Of a stretch of 62,079 nucleotides of DNA, positions 48,199 through 58,921 are shown in pieces. Made by a program: the position numbers and the translations under genes. The stretch comes from a virus (Duplodnaviria; Caudoviricetes). Position 1 is the stretch's first letter. Every line of letters starts with the position of its first letter. The notes beneath the pieces are model-generated. The model saw only the letters and a list, made by a program, of their open reading frames with translations, did no database searches and was not told where the DNA came from. The stretch spans positions 1 to 62,079 of IMG/VR virus record IMGVR_UViG_3300012942_000049; one strand, 5' to 3'.

Positions 48199-48611
48199 CC
48201 ATCAGAACCTGGGTTTATTCAAAACTGTCTTCAGACCCCATCGCTTCTGAGGTCGGGGGTGTGGAAAATCCTCGAGTCTTCGCCAAGAAGAGCATGACTT
48301 CATCTATCGAGGAACACCCCTTTATTGTTTACAAACTGGGGAATAACACTGATGATGCGTTTAGTGAGGATGTAGAAGTCGAAACCCAGTACATTCAAAT
48401 TTGGGTACATGACTTTACTGATGAGAAATCTGGCGACTACATGCAGATTGATAGAATCCTTGGCATCATTAAGAGTCAATTCGACAAGGCAGTTAGTCCC
48501 GATGATGGTGTCATTCGATGCATCTACCTTGAAACCTCTCAAGACCTTGATGATAATACACTGAATACTATCTTCAAGTACCTCCGACTAGCAGTGAAAG
48601 TGAAGAGATAA
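48195..48611 (+). CDS. Tail terminator
   Basis: PFIVY...QIWVHD; synteny. Confidence 0.65.
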   Translation: MTIRTWVYSKLSSDPIASEVGGVENPRVFAKKSMTSSIEEHPFIVYKLGNNTDDAFSEDVEVETQYIQIWVHDFTDEKSGDYMQIDRILGIIKSQFDKAVSPDDGVIRCIYLETSQDLDDNTLNTIFKYLRLAVKVKR

Positions 48612-48976
48612 TGACATACGCAGTTTACATCGGTCAGTCCCACTACCGTGAGCTTACGGCCAAGGACTTGGATGTTGAGAGCAACTCCAAGGATTTCCGC
48701 TTTAAGCGGGGTGAGCCTACGCTGGTTAACAAGGACGTCATGGAAAAGCTCCTGACCAACGCCTTTGGTCGATTTGTTGAGGTTGACAAGCCGACGGATA
48801 CCAACTCTGGCGATGTCAAGAAGTCTGATGATGACGAGTCTCTCGATGATTCGGCAAGCATCACGGAGTCGGGTCGTGAGAGTACTTCCTCCGGCGGCGG
48901 CTCTGGTGCGCCTGTTTCGGGTACAGCCACTTCAGGTGTTTCGACAAGTGGTTCTGGCACGACCACTCAACAGTAA
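48611..48976 (+). CDS. Hypothetical protein with Ser/Thr/Gly-rich tail
   Basis: TAATG overlap. Confidence 0.55.
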   Translation: MTYAVYIGQSHYRELTAKDLDVESNSKDFRFKRGEPTLVNKDVMEKLLTNAFGRFVEVDKPTDTNSGDVKKSDDDESLDDSASITESGRESTSSGGGSGAPVSGTATSGVSTSGSGTTTQQ

Positions 48977-49094
48977 TTCGTCGATCAAATAGATGAGGAG
49001 TTTATCGTAGGAATCGCTTGGAAGCGCTTTGCAGCGACTTATATAGCGACCGTGATAAATTACTCGATGAGCAACATTAGGCCCTGAGGACGGC

Positions 49095-49289
49095 ATGCCA
49101 ACCGAACTTCGATGCAACGGTACCCTTTATGGGATTCTGTCTGACGATAGAACTACCATTGAGGTAAAGTGCCATCGGAGGAAGTGCGGTTATGCACCAG
49201 GAGTAGTAGTACTCCACACCCTGAGTCTGGAAACAGGCCAGGTCATTTCTACCCAAAGGTTCAAAGAACCTCGAACAAAGAAGGAATAA
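49095..49289 (+). CDS. Com-like zinc-ribbon protein
   Basis: ELRC...IEVKC..RKC; GAGGA RBS. Confidence 0.6.
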   Translation: MPTELRCNGTLYGILSDDRTTIEVKCHRRKCGYAPGVVVLHTLSLETGQVISTQRFKEPRTKKE

Positions 49290-49290
49290 C

Positions 49291-49848
49291 ATGGCACTCC
49301 CCGATTACGCTTTGCCGTTCGGTCTGCGCCAGGTCGTACTCACGCCCTACGCTGCTGATGGCACTCCTGATACCGCCAATGCGGTTCAGCTGCCCGCCTC
49401 TCGTACCTTCAGCTTCACCGATACTGAGGACTTCACTGACCTCGTCGGTGATGACTCGACTGTTGCCTCGCATGGTGCGGGTCCGACGCTCGAGTGGGAA
49501 CTTGAGGGTGGTGGTATCTCGCTCGCGATCTGGGCTATCCTCTCGGGTGCGACTGTCACTACCACTGGTTCAGCTGGTTCATCGATCCAGACGCTGTCCA
49601 AGCTCACCACTGATGTTCGCCCGTACTTCCAGGTAGAAGGTCGAGCCATCAGCGACAACGGTGGTGACTACCATGCAAAGGTCTATCGCTGCAAGGCCGA
49701 TGGCGACCTGGAAGCTGAGATGAGCAATGGTGACTTCTTGCTCACCAAGGCCAAGGGTAAGGGTTATGGCGACCTCACGTCGCACAAGCTCTACGACATC
49801 AACTTCAACGAGACTGCAACGCCGATCACTCTCGGCGGCGGCAGCTAA
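49291..49848 (+). CDS. Major tail (tube) protein
   Basis: PFGLR...GDD...RPYF..EG motifs; synteny. Confidence 0.8.
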   Translation: MALPDYALPFGLRQVVLTPYAADGTPDTANAVQLPASRTFSFTDTEDFTDLVGDDSTVASHGAGPTLEWELEGGGISLAIWAILSGATVTTTGSAGSSIQTLSKLTTDVRPYFQVEGRAISDNGGDYHAKVYRCKADGDLEAEMSNGDFLLTKAKGKGYGDLTSHKLYDINFNETATPITLGGGS

Positions 49849-50060
49849 GACAAATGATTACGCGGGCGGCGATGGACTCAGTATGGGAAAGAAGTCGTCG
49901 CCCGCAAGATCATGACATGGCAACATGGGCTGTTGCATGATTTGTAATTGCGATATAGCGTTGATCGCTATTCGCAAGAAATTACGAAACGTGCGACGGG
50001 CCATGATGACTTGCTCACACGAATACAACACAAACAATAAAAGATCCCCTGGAGGACCAA

Positions 50061-50558
50061 ATGGCAACTTCGAACACGCCTAAAGTTAGTTCGATCTCCG
50101 AGTTCAAAAAGAGTGGTATTGCTCTTGAGCTCCCCTCAGGTTTCGTAGTTAAGGTCCGAAACACTGGGGGTCTTCGCACGTTTATGAGCAATGGTTCTAT
50201 CCCGAACAACCTGCTTGCCATCATCAGTAAGGCGCTCAATACTGGCAAGGGTGTGGACACCAAGGATCTCGTTACTCAGGAGGGGGTTCTTGATACTAAA
50301 CTCCTCAACGAGATGAGTGAGATGATCGACAACATCGCCATGAAGACGATTGTTGATCCGGTTATCAACCCAGTCCCCGCTGATGAAGAAGAGCGCAGTG
50401 ATGACCTTCTTTATGTAGATGAGCTTCCCGAAGATGACAAGATGTTTATCTATAGCTGGGTCTCCGGGGGTACCCGCGATCTTGAGCAGTTTCGCCGCGA
50501 ATCTGCCTCAGGTATGGATGCTGTACAATCTCAGCTCCTCAATCCGCAAGGCTCCTAG
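50061..50558 (+). CDS. Tail assembly chaperone
   Basis: Between tail tube and tape measure; GGAGG RBS. Confidence 0.75.
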   Translation: MATSNTPKVSSISEFKKSGIALELPSGFVVKVRNTGGLRTFMSNGSIPNNLLAIISKALNTGKGVDTKDLVTQEGVLDTKLLNEMSEMIDNIAMKTIVDPVINPVPADEEERSDDLLYVDELPEDDKMFIYSWVSGGTRDLEQFRRESASGMDAVQSQLLNPQGS

Positions 50559-50796
50559 CGATATTGCAGGCTTACGTCCCGGGAGCTATGAGGCTTTCTG
50601 TCTAGATCAAGCTGTTTGGTTCCTTGGCATAACAGTCACACAGGAACTTGATAAAATCGGGTCCAATAAGTCAAAGGCTGCGAGCAAGGATGAGGCCGCA
50701 CGACTTCGAAGGCTTAATAGCTTGCTAGGGACTGTTGAATCTCAACCTAATAGAGGGTTTGCTGATCCAGCAGCTCTCTTTGGGCATAAGAAATAG
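50491..50796 (+). CDS. Tail assembly chaperone extension (+1 frame)
   Basis: Overlapping +1 frame ORF ending just before the tape measure gene. Confidence 0.6.
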   Translation, partial: FAANLPQVWMLYNLSSSIRKAPSDIAGLRPGSYEAFCLDQAVWFLGITVTQELDKIGSNKSKAASKDEAARLRRLNSLLGTVESQPNRGFADPAALFGHKK

Positions 50797-50802
50797 GATC
50801 TG

Positions 50803-53800
50803 ATGGCAGAAACGCTTGGTACTATCAAGGGTCAAATGATCCTCGATGTTAAGCAAGCGCTAGCTTCTTATACATCTGCCCGACAGGCCCATATCGCGAC
50901 AACCGTTGCTCTTTCAACTGGTGCTGCAGCAGTTACTCAAGCCGGTGCTACAATCGCCGCTGCTGGTCTTGCAATGGCCGGCGGAGTTCTTGCTGCAGTT
51001 AATGCTTCGGCTAAGTTTGAAAAGACAATGGACTATGCTGCGGCTGTTTCCGGAGTCACTGGTAAAGCATTCGATGCCCTGAAAGCCAAGGCAGTTCAGC
51101 TTGGTCAGGATACGATCTTCTCCGCTCAGGACATTGCCGATAGCTTTGTCGAGCTGGCCAAGGCGGGTGTACCTGCAAAGACCATCATCGATGGTGTGGG
51201 AGATGCTGTTGCTCACTTGGGTGCAGCGGCAGATATTCCCCTCGATACTGCAGCAAACATTATTACTGCAGCAACTCAAACATTCTCTCTATCTGCTGAT
51301 CAAGCAGTAGGTGTTGCTGACAAGCTGGCAGGAGCGGCAAACGCTTCTATCGTGGATGTTCAAGACCTGGGTACTTCTTTCAAGTACGCCGGTGGAACTG
51401 CTCATGCATTGGGACTTAGTTTCGATGATGTTAATACTGCTCTTGCCCTGCTTGGTAAGGCCGGCATTAAGGGTTCTACTGCAGGTACCTCTCTTCGCCA
51501 GGTAATGGTTTCCCTCTCGGGTTCCACACCAAAGGCTACTGCTGCTCTGAAAGAACTGGGCATTATCACTGAAGATGGTGGTAACAAGTTCTTCGATGCT
51601 CAGGGAAAGATGAAGCCTCTGGCTGATGTCTTTCAGATTCTCCAGGATGCTGAAAAGGGTCTTACCTCAGAACAACAGGTGGCCATCGATAAGGCCATCT
51701 TCCAGCAGAGAGCCATTAGCTCAGTTGCAACTCTTACTCGAGATGGTGCTGCTGGCTTCAATGAGATGGCTGATGCCATCGGTAGAACTACTGCTGCTGA
51801 GGTAGCGGGTAAGCGACTCAATAACCTTGCCGGTGACATTGAAATCCTCAAGGGTAACATTGATACTCTGCTTATCACCGCTGGTGGGGGATTCCAAAAC
51901 TTTGCTCGATTCATCGTTCAGTCAGTTACTAAAGTAGTTGGAGTCTTCAACGATCTATCACCTGCTGCTCAGACTACTACTCTAGCTATTGTTGGCATTG
52001 TCGGGGTAATCCTTACCTTTATTGGTATCGCCGGCATTATGGCTGGGCAGTTGCTAAACATTGTAAACCTGGTTATTCGACTTGGTGATGTAACTGAGAT
52101 TGCTGCAGGCATTCAGGCAGTCTGGAATGGGATCACAGGGGCTGCGGCTGCAGTGATGCAGCTTCTTAACCGAGCCATGATGGCTAACCCGATCCTGTTT
52201 ATCATCGGTCTTATAGCTCTCTTTGTAAGTGCCCTGATCACTCTCATGGGTGGTTGGGGTAAGGTTGCTAAGTTCTTCAAGCCAGTAGGCGATGCGCTCA
52301 AGCAGGTCTTCCAGGATATTATGAAGGCCCTGGGACCAGTAACTAAGGCTTTTGGTGAAGTTGCCAAAACGGTTGGTGGCATCTTTACTAGTGTCTTCAA
52401 AGAACTGGTAACTGCACTACTTCCGCCACTGGTTTCCCTTTTCAAGGCTATTACCCCGATCCTTACTTCAGTAGCTAAGATCGTGGGCGATATCCTAGTG
52501 CCTGCAATCGGCCTATTGACACCACTTTTCCAGCTTGTAGCAGTAGTGCTTCAAGTGGTGATGGCGATTCTGCAGCCCTTTATTGGGCTCCTCACCGATA
52601 TTCTCGTGCCGATTCTGAATATCGTTGCATGGGTGCTGCAACTAGTTGCTGATGGTGTTCAGTGGCTCGCGGATCAAATCGGTAAGTTTCTGGGTAGTCA
52701 GGTTCCTGCAGTCCTACAGGCCTTTGGTAAGGTGTGGGACAATGTTTACAATAACTACATCAAGCCATTCTGGGATAACCTGGTTAAGCTGATTCAGCCC
52801 GTAGTTGATTGGTGGAATAACACTGCTGTTCCACTTATGACTAAGGGCATGGACGTCCTCAAGGATGCTTGGGATAATGACATTAAAGCTCTGGGTCTTG
52901 CTTGGCAGGGTCTGCAAACGGGTCTTAAGCCAATCGTCGATTGGTACGTAAACACCTTCATTGCTCCCCTTAAGAACTCTAGTAAAGACTTTTCTGATGG
53001 GGTAGTTAAGTATGCCAAGGGTTCTGCTGATGCTTGGAATGGCTTTACCAAGGGCCTAAAGGTTATCGCCGACTGGTATGTAAACAACTTCATTAACCCC
53101 ATGGTTAATGCTGGTAAAGGCTTTGAGGGCTTTATCAAGGAGTTCGTCAAGCGGTTCGATGATATTAAGTCTGGGGTTAAGAATGCTCTTGCTCCAGCAG
53201 CTAAAGCTTTTGACGACTTTAAGAATAAGTTCGAGGATGCTAAAACCAAGGTTTCCAATGCAATTAAGCCTCTGGTTGATGACTTCCAACAGATGCGGGA
53301 CAAGATCGGCAATGCTATTCAGCAGATGCAAGATCGAGTTGCTCCCATTGTTGACAAGTTTAGGACAATGTGGGAAACCCTACAGACTAAGCTTGGTCCC
53401 ATCATTGATAAGCTAAAGGATCTTTTCGGTAAGATTGCGGATGCTATCAACAAGGCTCTGGGTGATGATGGCAAGGACGCTGGTGGGGGAGGTGCTGGGG
53501 GCGGAGGTAAGAAGAAATCCAAGGCTGACATCCTTATCGATACCTTCACCTCTATCCTTACATTCTTCCTGAGTGGTGCTGGCTCTGCTCTTATCGGAAT
53601 TCTAACTGTTCTAGCTGGGATTCTGGGACTTGTTGCTGACGCCATTTCAGGTTTTGCTAAGGCAATTGACTGGGCATGGAATAACCTCATTAAGCCGGCG
53701 TTTACTGGCTTCGGCATAGTAATGCTTTGGCTCTGGAACAACATTATCAACCCAGTCCTTAACTTCATTGTTACTACATTTACCTGGTGCTTTGATCAGG

Positions 53801-54513
53801 TCATGAAGGTCGTTGGTCCGGTAGTTCAATGGGTAAAGGATCGAATTGGTACTTGGGCAGAGATTGAGCAAACAGTATCTGACATCTTTACTAACGTAGT
53901 CAACTTCATTAAAGATCCCTTTGGTGGTATTAGGGACTTCTTCGATAAGAAGAGGGAAGAAATCAAGGGAGCTTTCGCCAATGCTAGACAATGGTTGGTT
54001 CAGGCTGGTAAGGATATTATCCAGGGTCTAATCAACGGTCTTGACTTTATGACCGGAGGTTTGGTTAGCAAACTTGGTCATATCACTGGGTTGATCCCCA
54101 AGAATAAGGGCCCGGAACGAGTTGACAAAGTTCTGCTTAGACCCAGCGGTATGTGGATCATGCAGGGTCTTATTGATGGGATCCAGAGTCAGGTTGGTTC
54201 GCTAACTTCTACTCTTCAGAGTATTGGATCTACAGTCCCCAATTCACTAACTGGTAGTATCACCGCGAGTCGAGATTTCCAAAACCTCTATGATACTATT
54301 ACTGCAGGAAAACAACTGAACTCCACGCTCAATGCTCAGCTAGTTCCTAATGCTGATGATGAGTCTTTGCGAACTATTGCAGAAGCTCTTGATACCATCG
54401 CCAATAAGGATACAGTTAACATTGAGCACCTTGATGTTAATAACCCTGAACCAGAACCTGCCTCGAAGTCAGTACCGAAGACCATTCGTAAAGCCGCTTA
54501 CATCCCGGGATAA
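50803..54513 (+). CDS. Tape measure protein
   Basis: 1236 aa, Ala-rich, GIKGSTAGTSLR, ANP, Trp-periodic repeats. Confidence 0.92.
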   Translation: MAETLGTIKGQMILDVKQALASYTSARQAHIATTVALSTGAAAVTQAGATIAAAGLAMAGGVLAAVNASAKFEKTMDYAAAVSGVTGKAFDALKAKAVQLGQDTIFSAQDIADSFVELAKAGVPAKTIIDGVGDAVAHLGAAADIPLDTAANIITAATQTFSLSADQAVGVADKLAGAANASIVDVQDLGTSFKYAGGTAHALGLSFDDVNTALALLGKAGIKGSTAGTSLRQVMVSLSGSTPKATAALKELGIITEDGGNKFFDAQGKMKPLADVFQILQDAEKGLTSEQQVAIDKAIFQQRAISSVATLTRDGAAGFNEMADAIGRTTAAEVAGKRLNNLAGDIEILKGNIDTLLITAGGGFQNFARFIVQSVTKVVGVFNDLSPAAQTTTLAIVGIVGVILTFIGIAGIMAGQLLNIVNLVIRLGDVTEIAAGIQAVWNGITGAAAAVMQLLNRAMMANPILFIIGLIALFVSALITLMGGWGKVAKFFKPVGDALKQVFQDIMKALGPVTKAFGEVAKTVGGIFTSVFKELVTALLPPLVSLFKAITPILTSVAKIVGDILVPAIGLLTPLFQLVAVVLQVVMAILQPFIGLLTDILVPILNIVAWVLQLVADGVQWLADQIGKFLGSQVPAVLQAFGKVWDNVYNNYIKPFWDNLVKLIQPVVDWWNNTAVPLMTKGMDVLKDAWDNDIKALGLAWQGLQTGLKPIVDWYVNTFIAPLKNSSKDFSDGVVKYAKGSADAWNGFTKGLKVIADWYVNNFINPMVNAGKGFEGFIKEFVKRFDDIKSGVKNALAPAAKAFDDFKNKFEDAKTKVSNAIKPLVDDFQQMRDKIGNAIQQMQDRVAPIVDKFRTMWETLQTKLGPIIDKLKDLFGKIADAINKALGDDGKDAGGGGAGGGGKKKSKADILIDTFTSILTFFLSGAGSALIGILTVLAGILGLVADAISGFAKAIDWAWNNLIKPAFTGFGIVMLWLWNNIINPVLNFIVTTFTWCFDQVMKVVGPVVQWVKDRIGTWAEIEQTVSDIFTNVVNFIKDPFGGIRDFFDKKREEIKGAFANARQWLVQAGKDIIQGLINGLDFMTGGLVSKLGHITGLIPKNKGPERVDKVLLRPSGMWIMQGLIDGIQSQVGSLTSTLQSIGSTVPNSLTGSITASRDFQNLYDTITAGKQLNSTLNAQLVPNADDESLRTIAEALDTIANKDTVNIEHLDVNNPEPEPASKSVPKTIRKAAYIPG

Positions 54514-54515
54514 TC

Positions 54516-55352
54516 ATGACTAATACCACTGACACATACTGGGATGTCGATGGTGTATCGCTACAGACATTCGCGATGAATATCCAGACTCTTGGTGGTA
54601 CAAGGTCTTCTCCTGCACCTTTTAGAGGCGATGATATTACCATCCCTGGTAGACCAGGTCAAATCTGGATGCCTAAAGAGGTAGATGCTAAAACTGTAGA
54701 ACTAGCCATGTGGGTAAGGGGTGCTAACAGCGATGGAACAATCCCTACACTTGGTAGTGATCAGCGAGATCTCTACGATGACAACCTACGAACTCTACAA
54801 CACCTTCTTCACACACCAGGCAGACAGTTTACTCTTACTAAGCGTTTCCGAATCGGCGGAGTTCTATATAGCGCAAGTGCTCTAGGTGAATATGCTGGGG
54901 GTCTCGAGCCCAGTATGATTGGCCGCAAGGCTTCAACTTTCACTGTAGATATCAAGATCACTGCTGGGTATTTCTACAATGATGTAGTAACTCAGATGAC
55001 TCTAGTAAATGGTGATAACAACTTCAACTTCATTACTGATGGACCCAGTTCTAACGTTGTAATTACCATTGAGGGTGCCAGGCATAACGTAACGATTCGC
55101 AATAAGACTAGGGGTATGCAAGTGCAGTATCCCGGTACACTTAATGCGGGCGATCAGGTAGTCCTCGATGTTGCAGACTTCATCTCTACCACTACACCTG
55201 ATGGGGTAGCACCATTTGATTCCTCAGTGGATATCCTTCACTCTGGTGCGGTAGAATGGCTTAGCATACAAAATGGCCTCAATGTTATCAACCTAACTTC
55301 CGATAGCGGAGCTGGTACAGTTATTCTTCAAGCTCGAGGAGCATTCCACTAA
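54516..55352 (+). CDS. Distal tail (Dit)-like minor tail protein
   Basis: Follows TMP; IPGRPG, NGLN motifs. Confidence 0.7.
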   Translation: MTNTTDTYWDVDGVSLQTFAMNIQTLGGTRSSPAPFRGDDITIPGRPGQIWMPKEVDAKTVELAMWVRGANSDGTIPTLGSDQRDLYDDNLRTLQHLLHTPGRQFTLTKRFRIGGVLYSASALGEYAGGLEPSMIGRKASTFTVDIKITAGYFYNDVVTQMTLVNGDNNFNFITDGPSSNVVITIEGARHNVTIRNKTRGMQVQYPGTLNAGDQVVLDVADFISTTTPDGVAPFDSSVDILHSGAVEWLSIQNGLNVINLTSDSGAGTVILQARGAFH

Positions 55353-58300
55353 TGGCGAATGAGGGTGTGGAAGTTGAAATCTACCGGTTTAATGACCCCC
55401 TAACTAAGGCCGCAGTACTTCACAACACCATTAATCCCCAGATTACTTGTGAGATTGGTGATGGGGCTGGTTCACTTACCGGTTTCAATCTTGATCCCGA
55501 GATTGTTAGAGATCCTACTCTTCTAGACTATCTAAACATCGTTAAGATGAGGATAGATGGAGTAATCAGGCAAGCCTGGATTATTCAGAAGAAAGGTAAC
55601 AAAGACCTAGAAGCCACTCGTGCAGATGAGCACAAAGAACTTAGTGGTGCTGGTCTTAGACAATGGCTCAATGATGCAGTAGTTAAGCCATATGGTGGAC
55701 TTAAGCAATGGTCCCATGATAACCGCTTCTTCAACTTTGCCACAGAGCGAGGTGCCTGGTATATAGATGCCGACTGGCAGGCTGTCCATGATGCTGGTCA
55801 GGTTCATGTAACACCAGATAAGATACCTCAACCTACTGACTGGCCAGACTGGGCTTCTAATGCTCACTGGCTATGGGGTGTAGATCAACCGGGCGGTGCA
55901 ACCCCTAACCTGACTACGACCTACTTTCGTAGAGAATTCACCATCGCTGAGGGAGCTGGAGGAAATTACCGCCTTTACTGTGCCGGTGATGATTCAATCT
56001 CAGCATGGTTGGATGGTGAACAGCTTGTTAGTAACAACCCGGCAACTGGGGCTGCCGATAATCAGGGTGCATTTCAAACAAGCACTAAGGTAGACTTTAC
56101 CCTCAGTGAAGGTCCACACGTTATGGCCTTTAGTACTGAGAACCTTTACTTCGGGCCTGCTGGTACTCTCGCCGCAGTTTGTCAAGTTACTACTAATGCC
56201 GATGGTTCTTCCAGCGAAGTCCCTCTTTGGGTCTCCGATATGAATACCAACTGGAAGTGCTTGTACAATCCCTCAAAGGTGCCAGGCTGGTCAGCTGGGG
56301 AGATTATTCTTACTCTTTTCAATGAAGCTAAAGATCGCGGGGTTGCCAACTTCGATGTTATGACGCCCACCTGGACTGCAAGTCATGACTCCATTGGTAA
56401 TGCCTGGACTGATACCTATGACTGGTCATTCCCCATTGGTAATACTTACTACTCAGTGATCCAACAGCTGGAAGAACTTGTCTGCAATCTTACCATCGAT
56501 CCAGATACATATGATGTTAACCTCGTTCCCAACATTGGGGTAGATCGAACTACCTATAGATATGATGTTGATGGTGTTACAGTTCTTCAATCCCCAGTGA
56601 TCTTTAGACGAGGAAAGAATCTTACCTCTGCAGAAACAGAGGGTACTGCCAAACTTGTCAATAGTCTGATGATCAAGACGGACAATGGTTGGCTAGAGTC
56701 AGATGTCACTAATGACCCCTCCCTTACTAAGTATGGTAAGAAAGAGGCTACCCTTAATACTGGGGCTTCTCCCGATATCTCGAATGATCTTGCTCAGGTA
56801 ATCTTTCAACACAAGGCTGACCCTGAAGAGGGTGCCACCTATGAGTTCATTCCAACTCCTGGAGCTACACCATTCACCGATTTTGGTGTGGGAGATTGGG
56901 TTCTTGCGCCAAAGGATACTGAAGAACTTGTATCCCGTAGGGTGATGTCTATCTCAGCTACCCGCTTGAATGCCGGCAAAGTTGGTTGGACTGTTGAGTT
57001 TGATACTATCTTCCAAGAAGATGACGTTAGAATCAATAACATTCTTAACAAGACTGGCAATGGAGGAGTTGGAAGTGGCTTTGCCAATGCTCAGGGCAAT
57101 GGTTCCACACCAATTACGCCAGTATCTCCTCCGGTTGGACCCCCGATCATTAGGGTTCCTAAACCACCTACCGACCTCTCAGCGGTGTCCTCAGGGAAAT
57201 GGAGTGCCGATGGTGTCACCCCAATCTCTGAGGTCACCTTAACTTGGACACCTACAAGTCAGAATACTGATAACACTGAAGCTATTCCTAAGTTCTATGA
57301 AGTATGGGCCCACCCCGCTTCGATGGATGACTCAGCCTATCAGCAGTATGCCATTGTAACATCACCTAGTGCAGTGATGGATCTTACACCGGGCATTTCC
57401 TGGGTTTTCAAGGTTAGGACTCTTACCGAATCATCTCGACCCTCGGCATTCTCTAGTGAGTATACATATACCACTGAGAGTCCTAATCAACCTATGGACC
57501 CACCAAGCACTCCTACACTTAGCAGTGATAAGGGTCTATTGGTTGTTACCTGGGATGGCAAGTTGGGAGCTAATGATCCTCCGCCGCAGTTCAGGTTCGT
57601 CTATGCCCAGGTTTCGCCTAGCGGTGCTGGAACTTGGTCTCGCATGGGTGCAGTTCTTCAGCGAGGCGGGGGCTCAATCAATATCCCGAACCTTACGATC
57701 GGCAGTGAATATGATGCGCGATTGATTGCTGTTGATGGCGTAGGGATCGCTTCAAGCGCGTCAGAAATTGCCAGCATATCGATTACAGGCATCGATTTGG
57801 GTGATCTTGATTCGGAAGTTACGGATGCGATCAACGCAGCTGAACAAGCGGCTATTAATGCCTCGGTTACTGATAACCTGGCGATGGACCCCAGCTTCGA
57901 AGATGAGCCTCTTCACTGGTGGTCAATTGTCACTCCCACTGAAGTAACTCAAGATGGCGATGATCCCCACCTGGGGGGCAACTCCATTCGGATGGCTAAC
58001 TCGGCAAGCCTCGCTAGTTATATCGCCCTACAGGGTCTTTTTGACATCCCCCTTACATCAGGTAGTTCCTACATCATATGGGCTTGGATCAAGCTTGAGG
58101 CTGGGACAGCCATCGATAACGGTGTGGAGATTACAATAACCTGGGTTGAGCCCGATGGAACTACAACTCATACAGAATCTGTTGCGAACTCCCCCTCACT
58201 GATCGACACTACTAACTATCTTCGATTTAGTGGAGTATGGGTAGTGCCTGAGACTGCAGTATCCATGAGAATTCAGATTACTCGTTTGGATAATAACCCG

Positions 58301-58921
58301 AGTAATATCTACCTTCTCGATGACATCGCCATCTATCAGCAGGCTAATGCAGACCTAATTGCCGATGGTGGGATTACCACTGATAAGCTGGTTGCCGAAG
58401 CCATTACTGCTGGTAAAATTGCTGCCGGTGCAATCTCAGCAGATACTATTCAGTCTGGGGCTATTACCGCAGGTAAAATCGCGGCTGGGGCAGTCACTGC
58501 AGATGCTATCGCCGCTTCCTCGATCAGTGGTGATAAGATCGTTGCTGGTAGTATTGAGGCTACAAGCCTTTCACCTTCAGTGGGTAACAGCATTGACATT
58601 AGTGCTAACGAGTCAGTGACAATCATGGCAGGCACAATCAATGATGTTCAAGGGGATGTCAATGACACCCAGAGCAATCTTACTGAGATGCAGACCTACT
58701 ATACGTTTGGCCCAGATGGGGCAATAGTTTCTAAGCCAGGCTCTCCTTTTGCATTGGCACTCCGTTCTGATAGGATTGAAATGCTGGAGAACGGGAACGT
58801 TGTTTCATACTGGACTTCAGGGCAGATGTACGTTAACGACTTCATTGGTACTAAAGTTGTATTGGGCAATCACCAGATTGAGCAATATTCCAGCGGTACG
58901 GTGGTAAGGCAGCTTTCATAA
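55352..58921 (+). CDS. Large minor tail / tail tip protein with FN3 and carbohydrate-binding-like domains
   Basis: LTW..P FN3 patterns, PSFE, AITAGKIAAG repeats. Confidence 0.75.
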   Translation: MANEGVEVEIYRFNDPLTKAAVLHNTINPQITCEIGDGAGSLTGFNLDPEIVRDPTLLDYLNIVKMRIDGVIRQAWIIQKKGNKDLEATRADEHKELSGAGLRQWLNDAVVKPYGGLKQWSHDNRFFNFATERGAWYIDADWQAVHDAGQVHVTPDKIPQPTDWPDWASNAHWLWGVDQPGGATPNLTTTYFRREFTIAEGAGGNYRLYCAGDDSISAWLDGEQLVSNNPATGAADNQGAFQTSTKVDFTLSEGPHVMAFSTENLYFGPAGTLAAVCQVTTNADGSSSEVPLWVSDMNTNWKCLYNPSKVPGWSAGEIILTLFNEAKDRGVANFDVMTPTWTASHDSIGNAWTDTYDWSFPIGNTYYSVIQQLEELVCNLTIDPDTYDVNLVPNIGVDRTTYRYDVDGVTVLQSPVIFRRGKNLTSAETEGTAKLVNSLMIKTDNGWLESDVTNDPSLTKYGKKEATLNTGASPDISNDLAQVIFQHKADPEEGATYEFIPTPGATPFTDFGVGDWVLAPKDTEELVSRRVMSISATRLNAGKVGWTVEFDTIFQEDDVRINNILNKTGNGGVGSGFANAQGNGSTPITPVSPPVGPPIIRVPKPPTDLSAVSSGKWSADGVTPISEVTLTWTPTSQNTDNTEAIPKFYEVWAHPASMDDSAYQQYAIVTSPSAVMDLTPGISWVFKVRTLTESSRPSAFSSEYTYTTESPNQPMDPPSTPTLSSDKGLLVVTWDGKLGANDPPPQFRFVYAQVSPSGAGTWSRMGAVLQRGGGSINIPNLTIGSEYDARLIAVDGVGIASSASEIASISITGIDLGDLDSEVTDAINAAEQAAINASVTDNLAMDPSFEDEPLHWWSIVTPTEVTQDGDDPHLGGNSIRMANSASLASYIALQGLFDIPLTSGSSYIIWAWIKLEAGTAIDNGVEITITWVEPDGTTTHTESVANSPSLIDTTNYLRFSGVWVVPETAVSMRIQITRLDNNPSNIYLLDDIAIYQQANADLIADGGITTDKLVAEAITAGKIAAGAISADTIQSGAITAGKIAAGAVTADAIAASSISGDKIVAGSIEATSLSPSVGNSIDISANESVTIMAGTINDVQGDVNDTQSNLTEMQTYYTFGPDGAIVSKPGSPFALALRSDRIEMLENGNVVSYWTSGQMYVNDFIGTKVVLGNHQIEQYSSGTVVRQLS

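Noticed and set aside
58360-58560. AITAGKIAAG and VPTTR..ASDV repeats as DGR-like or mobile repeats
   Set aside because: Ordinary protein-level repeats of tail proteins; no reverse transcriptase or adenine-specific template/variable pair seen
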